From Gammaproteobacteria bacterium (GTDB taxonomy: Bacteria; Pseudomonadota; Gammaproteobacteria; Steroidobacterales; GCA-2729495): a DNA stretch of 64,000 bases. The translations under genes were made by a program, and so were the position numbers. Positions 38,800 to 47,408 of the stretch are shown here, piece by piece. The stretch is taken from NCBI GenBank assembly GCA_024229935.1, contig JAAERX010000042.1:4347-68346 (forward strand). The letters run 5' to 3'. Every line of letters starts with the position of its first letter. Positions within the stretch are counted from its first letter, which is position 1. The notes under the pieces were generated by a model, which saw only the letters and a program-made list of their open reading frames with translations, was not told where the DNA came from and did not search any database.

Positions 38800-39846
38800 G
38801 TGGAGCAGATTATGAGTGTCGATTCACAAGTACTACTAGAACAACTCCTTAATGGACAGCACCTTAGTGAGGAACAGGCGGGTGAGCTTATGCAGCTGCT
38901 GGCTGAAGGTTCATTAGAGCCCGCTCGTGCAGGCGCATTATTAGTTGCCTTACGTGCTAATGGAGAAAATGCAGATGAGATTCGTGGTTTTGCAAATGCT
39001 ATGCGTAATCTGGCGCAGCCATTTAGCCGTGACCCTAACTTGCCTGCTGCTGATTCTGTAGGAACGGGTGGTGATGGTTCGGGCAGTCTGAATCTGTCCA
39101 CTGGGGCAGCTTTACTGGCTGCTGCCTGTGGGGTTCCCATGGTTAAACATGGCAACCGCTCTGTCTCTAGTAAATCAGGGAGTGCTGATGTATTAGAAGC
39201 ACTAGGTGTAAAGCTGCCCGGTGACCCAAAAATTGCTTCTGATTATCTGGCACATACAAATTTTACATTCCTGTTTGCCCAGGTATTTCATCCTGCCATG
39301 AAGAACATTGCACCAATACGTGCCGCATTGGGTGTGCGTACCGTATTCAATATTCTGGGGCCCTTAACTAATCCTGCCGCGCCTCCATTTAGCCTGATAG
39401 GTGCATTTAGTTCAGCAATAGCCAAGTTGATGGCAGAAAGCCTGGCGGGTATGCCTCATGTACAACGCGCATTTGTTGTACATGGTGAGCCCGGTTGGGA
39501 TGAGCCTACACCGGCCGGGCGCTTTGAATTATTTGCTGTAACACCGGGGCAGGTGCATCGTGAACAACGTGACCCACGTGATTATGGTATTGCACGCTGC
39601 CAACCTGAAGACCTTGCTGGGGGTGATGCTGAGTACAACGCCCGTGCATTAGAGGCTGTATTACTGGGTAGAGATCCGGGGCCGCATCAGGACGCATTGA
39701 TGCTGGGTGCGGGTCTGATCCTCGAAGTAACCGGTCGTGTTTCTGGTTTGCACGAAGGTATCAGTGTTGCTGAGAAAGCCATTAGATCGGGTGAGGCCAG
39801 AAAATTTTTACGCCAGCTACGTGCTTTTAGTGAGGCCCTTAAATGA
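38800..39846 (+). CDS. trpD: Anthranilate phosphoribosyltransferase
   Basis: Motifs DSVGTGGDGSGSLNLST, KHGNRSVSSKSGSADVLEALG and NILGPLTNPA are present. The start is GTG 38800 or ATG 38812. Confidence 0.93.
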   Translation: MEQIMSVDSQVLLEQLLNGQHLSEEQAGELMQLLAEGSLEPARAGALLVALRANGENADEIRGFANAMRNLAQPFSRDPNLPAADSVGTGGDGSGSLNLSTGAALLAAACGVPMVKHGNRSVSSKSGSADVLEALGVKLPGDPKIASDYLAHTNFTFLFAQVFHPAMKNIAPIRAALGVRTVFNILGPLTNPAAPPFSLIGAFSSAIAKLMAESLAGMPHVQRAFVVHGEPGWDEPTPAGRFELFAVTPGQVHREQRDPRDYGIARCQPEDLAGGDAEYNARALEAVLLGRDPGPHQDALMLGAGLILEVTGRVSGLHEGISVAEKAIRSGEARKFLRQLRAFSEALK

Positions 39847-40691
39847 ATCGGGCAGCAAATAGTGATTTTTTGCTGGGTATGGCGCATTCAAGCAAACAGC
39901 GTCATGAAATTGCCCGAGCGACATTAAGTGATGCACAGCAGCGCTCACAATTGCTGTGTCTTAATGCTCCGCATGACTTGCAGTTGTCAGCTAGAGGCTT
40001 TGACCTGATTGCTGAAATAAAAAAACGTTCTCCTGCTGAGGGTGACCTGGATGCTGTGCTGGCATCATCGGAATTACAGGCTGAGGCATATGTCAGGGGA
40101 GGCGCAGCTGTATTATCAGTGCTGACTGAGCCTGATAAATTTTCTGGTAGTTTGAATGACCTGCATGCAGTTGCTGAAAACAGTACGCCTGTTCCAGTAA
40201 TGCGCAAAGATTTTCTGGTTTCTTGTTATCAGGTGCGTGAGGCACGTCTGGCTGGGGCGTCAGGCGTACTTCTGATTGCGGCAATTCTGGACGCTGATCA
40301 GATGGCCTCTATGCTGGAAACCGCATTTGAGCTGGGTTTATTTGTATTGATGGAAGTTTTTGATCAGGCTGATCTGGATAAATGCGTACCTGTGCTTGAG
40401 CAGTTTGGTGCCGCACTAAAGGATGGTCGTTGTCATTATTTACTGGGTGTTAATTGCCGTGATTTGCGCACACTTCAAGTAAACTTTGGGCACTTTCAGC
40501 ATATGGCACCAAGGTTGCCCACAGATATGCCTTGGGTTGCAGAAAGCGGTGTAACTGATGAAGCACAGATTAAGACACTTGTAGACTTGGGTTATCGGCT
40601 GGCATTGGTTGGCACTGCTTTAATGCGTAGTGGTGATCCTGCAGCAACAGTAGCATCTTGGAAAGCAGCGGGGCTTTTGGCATGTTCATAA
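39843..40691 (+). CDS. trpC: Indole-3-glycerol-phosphate synthase
   Basis: Motifs LIAEIKKRSPAEG, LSVLTEPDKFSGS, RKDFL, LGVNCRDL and ESG are present. Its start overlaps the trpD stop as ATGA. Confidence 0.92.
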   Translation: MNRAANSDFLLGMAHSSKQRHEIARATLSDAQQRSQLLCLNAPHDLQLSARGFDLIAEIKKRSPAEGDLDAVLASSELQAEAYVRGGAAVLSVLTEPDKFSGSLNDLHAVAENSTPVPVMRKDFLVSCYQVREARLAGASGVLLIAAILDADQMASMLETAFELGLFVLMEVFDQADLDKCVPVLEQFGAALKDGRCHYLLGVNCRDLRTLQVNFGHFQHMAPRLPTDMPWVAESGVTDEAQIKTLVDLGYRLALVGTALMRSGDPAATVASWKAAGLLACS

Positions 40692-41293
40692 AGATATGTG
40701 GCTTGAATACGGAAGAGTCTATTCAGGCGGCAGTTGCGGCAGGTGCTGATGCCCTGGGGTTTGTATTTGCTGATTCTCCCCGACAGGTTACGCCGGCACA
40801 GGCGGCCGGGTTAACAAAAAACCTGCCCGTGGGTGTTGCCAAAGTAGCCGTCATGCTGCATCCCACTGCTGCAGAATGGAATGCAGTACGTGATGAATTT
40901 TGTCCCAACTGGCTGCAGGCAGATGCAGATGATTTTGCCGGCCTTCAGGTACCTGAAAATATTGGGTATTTCCCGGTTTATAGAGACCGGATGTCGGCAG
41001 ACTTTGATAATGATGATATTCACTGGCCTGAGCACATGTTGTTTGAAGGTGTTCGAAGTGGCGTGGGCTTAAAACCAGACTGGGATCATGCAGCACAGAT
41101 AGCCCATCGCACGTGTTTAATGCTGGCTGGTGGCCTGACTCCAGAAAATGTACAGGAAGCTATTATTTGTGTGCATCCATGGGGTGTTGATGTCAGTAGT
41201 GGTGTGGAAATAAGCCCCGGGGTAAAAGACCCGGAAAAAATTGCAGCATTTATAACAGCTGCAAGAGAAGCAGAGGGATTACATGCAGGTTGA
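40682..41293 (+). CDS. trpF: Phosphoribosylanthranilate isomerase
   Basis: Motifs MFIKICGL, GADALGFVF, LAGGL and GVDVSSGVE are present. The ATG at 40682 overlaps the end of trpC. The ORF track's TTG at 40658 is less likely. Confidence 0.9.
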   Translation: MFIKICGLNTEESIQAAVAAGADALGFVFADSPRQVTPAQAAGLTKNLPVGVAKVAVMLHPTAAEWNAVRDEFCPNWLQADADDFAGLQVPENIGYFPVYRDRMSADFDNDDIHWPEHMLFEGVRSGVGLKPDWDHAAQIAHRTCLMLAGGLTPENVQEAIICVHPWGVDVSSGVEISPGVKDPEKIAAFITAAREAEGLHAG

Positions 41294-42554
41294 TATTACC
41301 CCGCAGCAGGGCGCTGAATTATTGGCCCGGCTTATAAACAATGAACTGCCGGATAAACACGGTCGTTATGGGCCTTTTGGTGGTTGTTATGCACCGGAAA
41401 CACTGGTGCCTGCATTATCTCGTCTGGCTGATAATGTTTATCGTTATCTGGCTGATGATGATTTTATGGCGCACCTTGATCAACAGTTAAGTACCTGGGT
41501 TGGCAGGCCAACAGCTTTAACGCACGCACAGGGACTTAGTAAGCGCTGGGGTGCTGAGGTATACCTGAAGCGTGAAGACCTTGCACATACCGGTGCACAT
41601 AAAATTAATAATGCACTGGGTCAGGCATTATTGGCGCAGGAAATGGGCGCCAAACGTGTTATTGCAGAAACAGGGGCAGGCCAACATGGTGTTGCAACGG
41701 CTGCTGCCTGCGCACGAGTGGGTATTCCCTGTACTGTCTACATGGGTGCTGTGGATATACAAAGGCAGGCGCCAAATGTTGATCGCATGCATCAACTGGG
41801 TGCGCGAGTTGTTGCTGTTGAAAGTGGCGATAAAACCCTGCGTGCAGCAATAGATGAGGCTTTTCGTAACTGGGTGGCTGATCCTGATGGCAGTTATTAC
41901 CTGCTTGGCTCAGCCGTGGGACCTCACCCGTATCCATATCTGGTGCAGCGTTTACAGTCGGTGATTGGCAGTGAAGCACGTAGCCAAATACTTGATCAGA
42001 CGGGCAGCCTGCCGGATGTGGCAATCGCATGTGTGGGTGGTGGATCCAATGCCATTGGTTTATTTCACCCTCTGCTTGCAGATGAATCTATAGCTCTGCT
42101 GGGTGTAGAGGCGGGAGGTCATGGCCCGGCACTCGGTGATAATTCAGCAACTCTGGCAGCGGGTAAGCCAGGTGTACTGCACGGTAGTTATTCGGTGTTG
42201 CTGTATGACAATGATGGTCAGATACAGGATACCCATTCAGTTTCAGCTGGTCTGGATTACCCCGGTGTTGGGCCGGAACATTCATTACTGCAGGCACTTG
42301 GTCGGGTTAACTATGTCTCTGCAACAGATACGGATGCTCTTAATGCATTGCAGGAGTGTTGTGCCGCTGAGGGCATATTGCCGGCACTTGAGTCGGCCCA
42401 TGCTCTGGCAGGTGCACGTGCCTGGGCAAAGGACAATCAGGGCAAGGCTATATTGATTGGTTTGTCCGGGCGAGGTGACAAAGATATGCCCACACTTTCC
42501 CAGCATATACCGTCGCCCCTTGGTGAAGACAAGGGCGCAAGGGCGGATGACTGA
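41283..42554 (+). CDS. trpB: Tryptophan synthase beta chain
   Basis: Motifs GRYGPFGGCYAPETL, LKREDLAHTGAHKINN (PLP lysine), ETGAGQHGVATA and GGGSNAIG are present. Confidence 0.96.
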   Translation: MQVDITPQQGAELLARLINNELPDKHGRYGPFGGCYAPETLVPALSRLADNVYRYLADDDFMAHLDQQLSTWVGRPTALTHAQGLSKRWGAEVYLKREDLAHTGAHKINNALGQALLAQEMGAKRVIAETGAGQHGVATAAACARVGIPCTVYMGAVDIQRQAPNVDRMHQLGARVVAVESGDKTLRAAIDEAFRNWVADPDGSYYLLGSAVGPHPYPYLVQRLQSVIGSEARSQILDQTGSLPDVAIACVGGGSNAIGLFHPLLADESIALLGVEAGGHGPALGDNSATLAAGKPGVLHGSYSVLLYDNDGQIQDTHSVSAGLDYPGVGPEHSLLQALGRVNYVSATDTDALNALQECCAAEGILPALESAHALAGARAWAKDNQGKAILIGLSGRGDKDMPTLSQHIPSPLGEDKGARADD

Positions 42555-43332
42555 GATGAGTAAGTTATTGCCACGTGAGCAGATTACTGCTGCACTTGAA
42601 GCCGCCAACACTAATAACAAGGTTGCCCTGGTGCCATTTATTACAGCGGGGTATCCGGATAAAGATGCCTTTATCAGCACTCTGAAGGCTATAGCAACTG
42701 AAGGTGATGTTGTAGAAATTGGTGTGCCATTTTCTGACCCGATGGCTGACGGTGTAACCATTCAGCGTTCCAGTCATGCTGCCATTGCTGCAGGCGTTAG
42801 TTTGCACTGGATACTGGATGAACTGACTGCAGCAGAAGATCTTGGTGCGCCTGTGGTGTTGATGAGTTATCTCAATCCATTGCTGGCTTTTGGTTATGAA
42901 GCACTGGCAAAGCAATGTATTGCGGCAGGTGTATGTGGTTTTATCGTGCCCGATCTACCGTGGGAAGAAAGTGCAGAGTTCCGTGCAGTGATGGACAAGT
43001 ATGGGCTTGCACTGGTGCAGCTGGTTACACCAGTAACGCCTGATGATCGACTGGAAATGCTCTGTAAGGGGAGTCAGGGTTTTGTATACGCCGTAACAAT
43101 TACCGGTATTACAGGTGGTGACGTGGCATTACCCCCAACTGTTACAGACTATCTTGACCAGGTGAAAAGTCATACCAGCGTGCCTGTATGTGCTGGTTTT
43201 GGTGTGCGACATGCATCTCAGGTGGAGAATCTTGGGCATCATGCCAATGGTGTGATTGTAGGTTCAGCACTGGTTGAGCAACTTGAGGCAGGTGCTGACC
43301 CTGCTCCCTTTCTTAGGGACCTGCGCAGTTAG
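42547..43332 (+). CDS. trpA: Tryptophan synthase alpha chain
   Basis: Motifs ALVPFITAGYPD, VEIGVPFSDPMADG, YLNP, GFIVPDLP, GFVYAVTITGITG and GFGV are present. The start is ATG 42547 or ATG 42556, around the trpB stop. Confidence 0.93.
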   Translation: MTEMSKLLPREQITAALEAANTNNKVALVPFITAGYPDKDAFISTLKAIATEGDVVEIGVPFSDPMADGVTIQRSSHAAIAAGVSLHWILDELTAAEDLGAPVVLMSYLNPLLAFGYEALAKQCIAAGVCGFIVPDLPWEESAEFRAVMDKYGLALVQLVTPVTPDDRLEMLCKGSQGFVYAVTITGITGGDVALPPTVTDYLDQVKSHTSVPVCAGFGVRHASQVENLGHHANGVIVGSALVEQLEAGADPAPFLRDLRS

Positions 43333-43383
43333 CCGTTCTTTGATTCCTGGGAACAGGCCTGTAATGCAAGCGATTAACTAACG

Positions 43384-43600
43384 TTACGTGCGCCGACTCC
43401 ATCCCAGCAGGCCCAGAGCAGAGGCAAATAGCCACACGGCTGCAGGTACTGGTACAGCCGTTAGTAGAAATGCGCCCTGCTCTTCGGAACTTAGTGTGCC
43501 TATGCCAACTATCTGCCCTGATTCATTAATATCATAAGCATAGGTCAGGTTTGTGAAGTCGGTACCGCTAAGGTCTACAAGGAGATTAAGATTTTTTCAT
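43384..43600 (-). pseudogene. Decayed or frameshifted gene for a small HAF-repeat / PEP-CTERM-class (VPLPA-like) sorted protein
   Basis: GGGGA-N6-ATG AAAAAA TCT TAA terminates after 4 codons. The +1 frame is open for 70 codons and ends ...YDINESGQIVGIGTLSSEEQGAFLLTAVPVPAAVWLFASALGLLGWSRRT*. That is a HAF-type repeat followed by a V-P-x-P-A, hydrophobic helix, Arg cluster sorting signal. Losing one A from the A6 run would fuse the ATG to this frame. Confidence 0.6.
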
Positions 43601-43734
43601 ATTTTCCCCGAGCCTTTAGAAGAGACGCCAGTCATTATTATTTGAATAATAAGCAGGCGCGATTCTAGCGGAGGAGGCTGCCAGGTGCTGTCTGTTCGCT
43701 GGATTATGTTTAATCATTATGTATTGCAGCTTTA

Positions 43735-45450
43735 TCAATAGCGGGTTTTACCCCAGCTGTTTATGGCGTCGCCCCAGTTGCCTATGGCTATATCAAAGGC
43801 ATCAGGAGCCAGTTTCTCAAGCAGGGCTCTATTAAGTTCAGCATAATTTTCCGGGCCGCCTTCCTCAGGCCATTGCTTTGTTGCATCAATGACCAGTTTG
43901 CTTGAAGCATAGCGGTCTTCGGCTGATGCGCTTGGGTCCAGAGGCATGCCCCGACCGGAGAAAATTTCTGTGGCAGTTGCCGGTGTATAACGGGCCCCAA
44001 CAGCCAGGCCGACCTCATACCAGTTCAGTATATCTACGTCTTCATCAACAACGATAGTTACCTTGAATAACGGCACTATGGAGGCAAGTCGCTTACCTGC
44101 TTTCAGACCCTGACCAGGCTCGGTTTTTTTAATTTTTATAAAACACCAGCCTGTTGTATCAACAGGCTGGTGGATTTCTATAAGCCCCGGAATCATTTTG
44201 GAAAAACTTTCATTAAAAAGTGAGGACACTGGTGCGGTTACATAGCCCCGGGTTACGCCTGTAAATTGGTTCATAAACCAGGGGTCTTTGCGGTAGCTGA
44301 CAGCTGTAATATTCATCCAGAAGTTTTCAGATTTCTTGCGGCCCAGATAACCATACATTTCCCCAAAGGGTCCTTCCGGCAGCATAGCTTCCTGCAGTGG
44401 CACCTCTCCCTCTATAATCATTTCGCAGTTTGCTGGCACCATGATGTCATTGGTTTCACTTTTAACAACTTCAATTGCCTTGCCACGTATACCACCAGCC
44501 ACTGCAATTTCATCAATGGGTGTGACTTTGCGACCAAAGCGAGGCGCAACCTTTGAGCCACTAACAAGCCAGACATAGGGGTCTTGGCCCAAAGCAATTG
44601 ATATTTTTGCTGTCTCTTCGCCGCGGTCCTTTGCAGCCATCAGCATTTTCCAGCCTGTTTGATTGGGCTCTGGGTTTACCCCAAGCACCCTGGGGCCGCG
44701 GATCTGACAGCGATAGGTGCCATAGTTAGTCCCCATCTCAGGGTCAGAGGTGAATACTGAGCCTGTATTGATGTAGCGACCTCCGTCAGCCGGATTACTT
44801 GTTATAAAAGCAAACTTTGTAATATCGATGTCATCGCCCGTTTCAATAACCTGTTTGCACAAGGCATTTTTACTGGTGACCTCAACGGGTGCTATTTGTG
44901 GAAACTTGCCATTAACCAGAAGGTTCCGGGTGTATGTCAGGGCTTTTTTGTAACTTTCTCGGCTGTTGCCTTTGACTGGCTCCAGTCCGAAAGTAATGCA
45001 TTCTGTATCCCAGTGCCCCTGGTGATTGATTACTATTGGGCCCTTAATCCATACACCCTCTTGTTTGATGCGCTCAAATAAAACGGCTGGTGCGTCATAC
45101 CAGCCGTATTTGTCAATCAGCGCATAGATTATTGCAGTGCCTTCAAAAACGTCCTGATCTATTTTATCAAAGCGCAGTAGTAATCCATGGGCTTCGATAG
45201 CAGCAACGTATTCACGTAGGGTATCAAAAGGTGCCTGTGGTGCATTTGTCCTGCGTTCAGCTGCAGTGGTTTCTGCATGCGTAACTTTATTTCCTATTTC
45301 CTGATCTGAAACTTCGCATCCAGCTGCTGCTACACCTGCTGTGGCAGCAAGAAAACTGCGTCGAGAAATAATTCCTGATTGCACAGGGGTAGTTTTATTT
45401 GGCTGGTCAGTTAATGACCCAGTTAATTTGCTGCTCAAATCATCAGTCAT
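43735..45450 (-). CDS. UbiD-family (prenylated-FMN-dependent) decarboxylase homologue with N-terminal twin-arginine signal
   Basis: UbiD core strings are GGRYINTGSVFTSDPEMGTNYGTYRCQI, IALGQDP and EGPFGEMYGYLG. The N-terminal extension contains SRRSFLAATAGVAAAGC (Tat motif S-R-R-x-F-L followed by an A-A-G-C lipobox-like site). Confidence 0.8.
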   Translation of the reverse strand: MTDDLSSKLTGSLTDQPNKTTPVQSGIISRRSFLAATAGVAAAGCEVSDQEIGNKVTHAETTAAERRTNAPQAPFDTLREYVAAIEAHGLLLRFDKIDQDVFEGTAIIYALIDKYGWYDAPAVLFERIKQEGVWIKGPIVINHQGHWDTECITFGLEPVKGNSRESYKKALTYTRNLLVNGKFPQIAPVEVTSKNALCKQVIETGDDIDITKFAFITSNPADGGRYINTGSVFTSDPEMGTNYGTYRCQIRGPRVLGVNPEPNQTGWKMLMAAKDRGEETAKISIALGQDPYVWLVSGSKVAPRFGRKVTPIDEIAVAGGIRGKAIEVVKSETNDIMVPANCEMIIEGEVPLQEAMLPEGPFGEMYGYLGRKKSENFWMNITAVSYRKDPWFMNQFTGVTRGYVTAPVSSLFNESFSKMIPGLIEIHQPVDTTGWCFIKIKKTEPGQGLKAGKRLASIVPLFKVTIVVDEDVDILNWYEVGLAVGARYTPATATEIFSGRGMPLDPSASAEDRYASSKLVIDATKQWPEEGGPENYAELNRALLEKLAPDAFDIAIGNWGDAINSWGKTRY

Positions 45451-45538
45451 GGTTTTGCTCTATCCTGCAGGTCGGGTAATCATTTAACCCAAGAGAATGC
45501 TTTGTGGCAATACACCAGATTTAAGAAGGTCGCTGTGT

Positions 45539-45871
45539 TCAGCTGGCGGAGGGTTTGCCCGAAGGTTTAAATGAATTTATAAGATTGAGTTTATGGGGGC
45601 GAGATAATTTTTTTATGGCCATCTCTCGTTGCGTGGCAATAGCACGATCCAGGGCTGGTTCGGCATAGATCAGCCTGACAGGTAAGCGGCCACGGGTGTA
45701 TTTTGCTCCAATGCCCTTATTATGGGTGATGAGTCGTGCTTTCAGATTACGGGTGATGCCGGTGTAAAGGCTGCCATCGCCGCATTCAAGTATGTAAACC
45801 TGCCAGTTATGGCCGTTTGTAGAGTTGCCCCCGGAGCCCACCTTAGCGCCAGCTTCTGTTTTGCTGCTCAT
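45539..45871 (-). CDS. GIY-YIG nuclease-superfamily protein (YhbQ/UPF0213-like)
   Basis: WQVYILECGDGSLYTGITRNLKARLITHNKG...YTRGRLPVRLIY...REMAIKKL is the GIY-YIG core. The start was chosen at Met12, whose ATG shares one base with the upstream ORF's TAA (TAATG). The ORF track's start at 45904 is the alternative. Confidence 0.75.
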   Translation of the reverse strand: MSSKTEAGAKVGSGGNSTNGHNWQVYILECGDGSLYTGITRNLKARLITHNKGIGAKYTRGRLPVRLIYAEPALDRAIATQREMAIKKLSRPHKLNLINSFKPSGKPSAS

Positions 45872-46098
45872 TAGTCGTTGTTTAACTTCTCGTGGCCGCC
45901 CCATTTCTCACGAAATTCCTGCAGAGCCTGACTTTGGACGGAGGCATGCCGGTTGGAGAGATTGAGTGAGTCAGGATCGCATACTTGTGCTCGTATCACG
46001 CCCAAATCTTCTGCAGCATGGAACAGGCTTGGGTACCAGCTGCGCCAGTTGGGCAACAACTCTTCCACCTGTTTTTTTAGCGCGGCTTGGTCAGACAT
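45871..46098 (-). CDS. Hypothetical 75-aa protein, translationally coupled to the GIY-YIG gene
   Basis: The ORF has an ATG start and the TAATG junction with the downstream gene. I recognise no family. Confidence 0.45.
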   Translation of the reverse strand: MSDQAALKKQVEELLPNWRSWYPSLFHAAEDLGVIRAQVCDPDSLNLSNRHASVQSQALQEFREKWGGHEKLNND

Positions 46099-46334
46099 GT
46101 GGCTATATTCAGTTCATTGTTAATTGGCGTCAGAGTAAAAATTAAACCCGAAATTAGTGACTAATTAGGGGCGTGGTCACGTTTACTTTGATTCCAGTTG
46201 ATTTCATATTAAGCATCAGCATACCAGTAGTTGGTGCCTATGTTTCCGGCTGACCCCACATTTTATGGTTTTTTGCCCTACAGCCAGTGTGCCGGTTTGC
46301 AGCAATGCAGATTGTATTCATTGCATGTGGTTAC

Positions 46335-47408
46335 TTAGCCGTTAAGCAGGGCAACAGATTTTATTTGGGCATAAAGCTTCATGCCGGTTGTAATATTCAT
46401 TGCAGCTGCAGACTTGCATGTAATGCGGGCCAGTAATGCAGTGCCACCTGCATCAAGTTTTACCAGAGTTTGTGCAGCGCCATCATTAGACAGTTCAATG
46501 ACGGTAGTGGAGACAATATTGAGTATGCTGGTGTTGGTTTGTCGTTGTAGTGTCAGACTTACATCACGTGCCATGATCCTTACGCGCATATTTTCGCAGT
46601 CTGTATCAATACGGCCAGGCACCAGTAGAGAGCCGCCTGAAAAATTAAGTGTTGTCAGGTTGTATTGTGTGTCATGGTCACCAGGCGTTACTGATAGCAC
46701 TGCGCCTGCATCAGCATCATGGGCTACCGGCAAGTCAAAACGTGTCAGTATTTCATTCATGGCACCGGTTGCCAGTATCCTGCCTCCATCCATAAGCGCC
46801 AGATAGTCAGCTAGCTGGGCCACTTCATCAGGAGCATGGCTTACATAGATAATTGGGATATCCAGTTCACTATGTAAACGCTCAAGAAAAGGCATCAGCT
46901 CACTTTTATGGCGAGCATCCAGTGAGGCAAGTGGTTCATCCAGCAACAGGAGTTTTGGGCCGCTCAGTAGGGCCTGTGCAATTGCAACACGCTTTCTTTC
47001 GCCGCCTGAAAGTTGTGTTGAGGGCCTGTCCAGAAGTTTGTTGAGGGTGAGTAGTTCTGTAGCATGCTCAAAGTTGATGCAGTATTCTGCATGCTCGGAA
47101 CGGGTGTATCCATATTGCAGATTACTGCGTACATTCATATGGGTAAATAGATTTGCCTCCTGAAATACATAACCGCAGGCACGTTTGTGTGCTGGTAGGC
47201 AGGTATGTTCATCTTGCCATATTTCGCCGCCTACACTTAGTGAGCCCGTGCTTTTTTCAAGGCCGGCAATGGCACGTAATAAGGTTGTTTTCCCTGTACC
47301 TGAGGCGCCAAACAGAACGGTAATTCCGTTATCAGGGGTATTAAGAGTGGCATCTAGGCTAAAACCATTATTTATCAGTCTTAATTGTGCGCTCAGGCCG
47401 GTATTCAT
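46335..47408 (-). CDS. modC: Molybdate ABC transporter ATP-binding protein
   Basis: It has Walker A GASGTGKTT, signature LSGGERKRVAIAQA, Walker B LLLDEP and a C-terminal TOBE/Mop domain, and follows modB. Confidence 0.9.
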   Translation of the reverse strand: MNTGLSAQLRLINNGFSLDATLNTPDNGITVLFGASGTGKTTLLRAIAGLEKSTGSLSVGGEIWQDEHTCLPAHKRACGYVFQEANLFTHMNVRSNLQYGYTRSEHAEYCINFEHATELLTLNKLLDRPSTQLSGGERKRVAIAQALLSGPKLLLLDEPLASLDARHKSELMPFLERLHSELDIPIIYVSHAPDEVAQLADYLALMDGGRILATGAMNEILTRFDLPVAHDADAGAVLSVTPGDHDTQYNLTTLNFSGGSLLVPGRIDTDCENMRVRIMARDVSLTLQRQTNTSILNIVSTTVIELSNDGAAQTLVKLDAGGTALLARITCKSAAAMNITTGMKLYAQIKSVALLNG

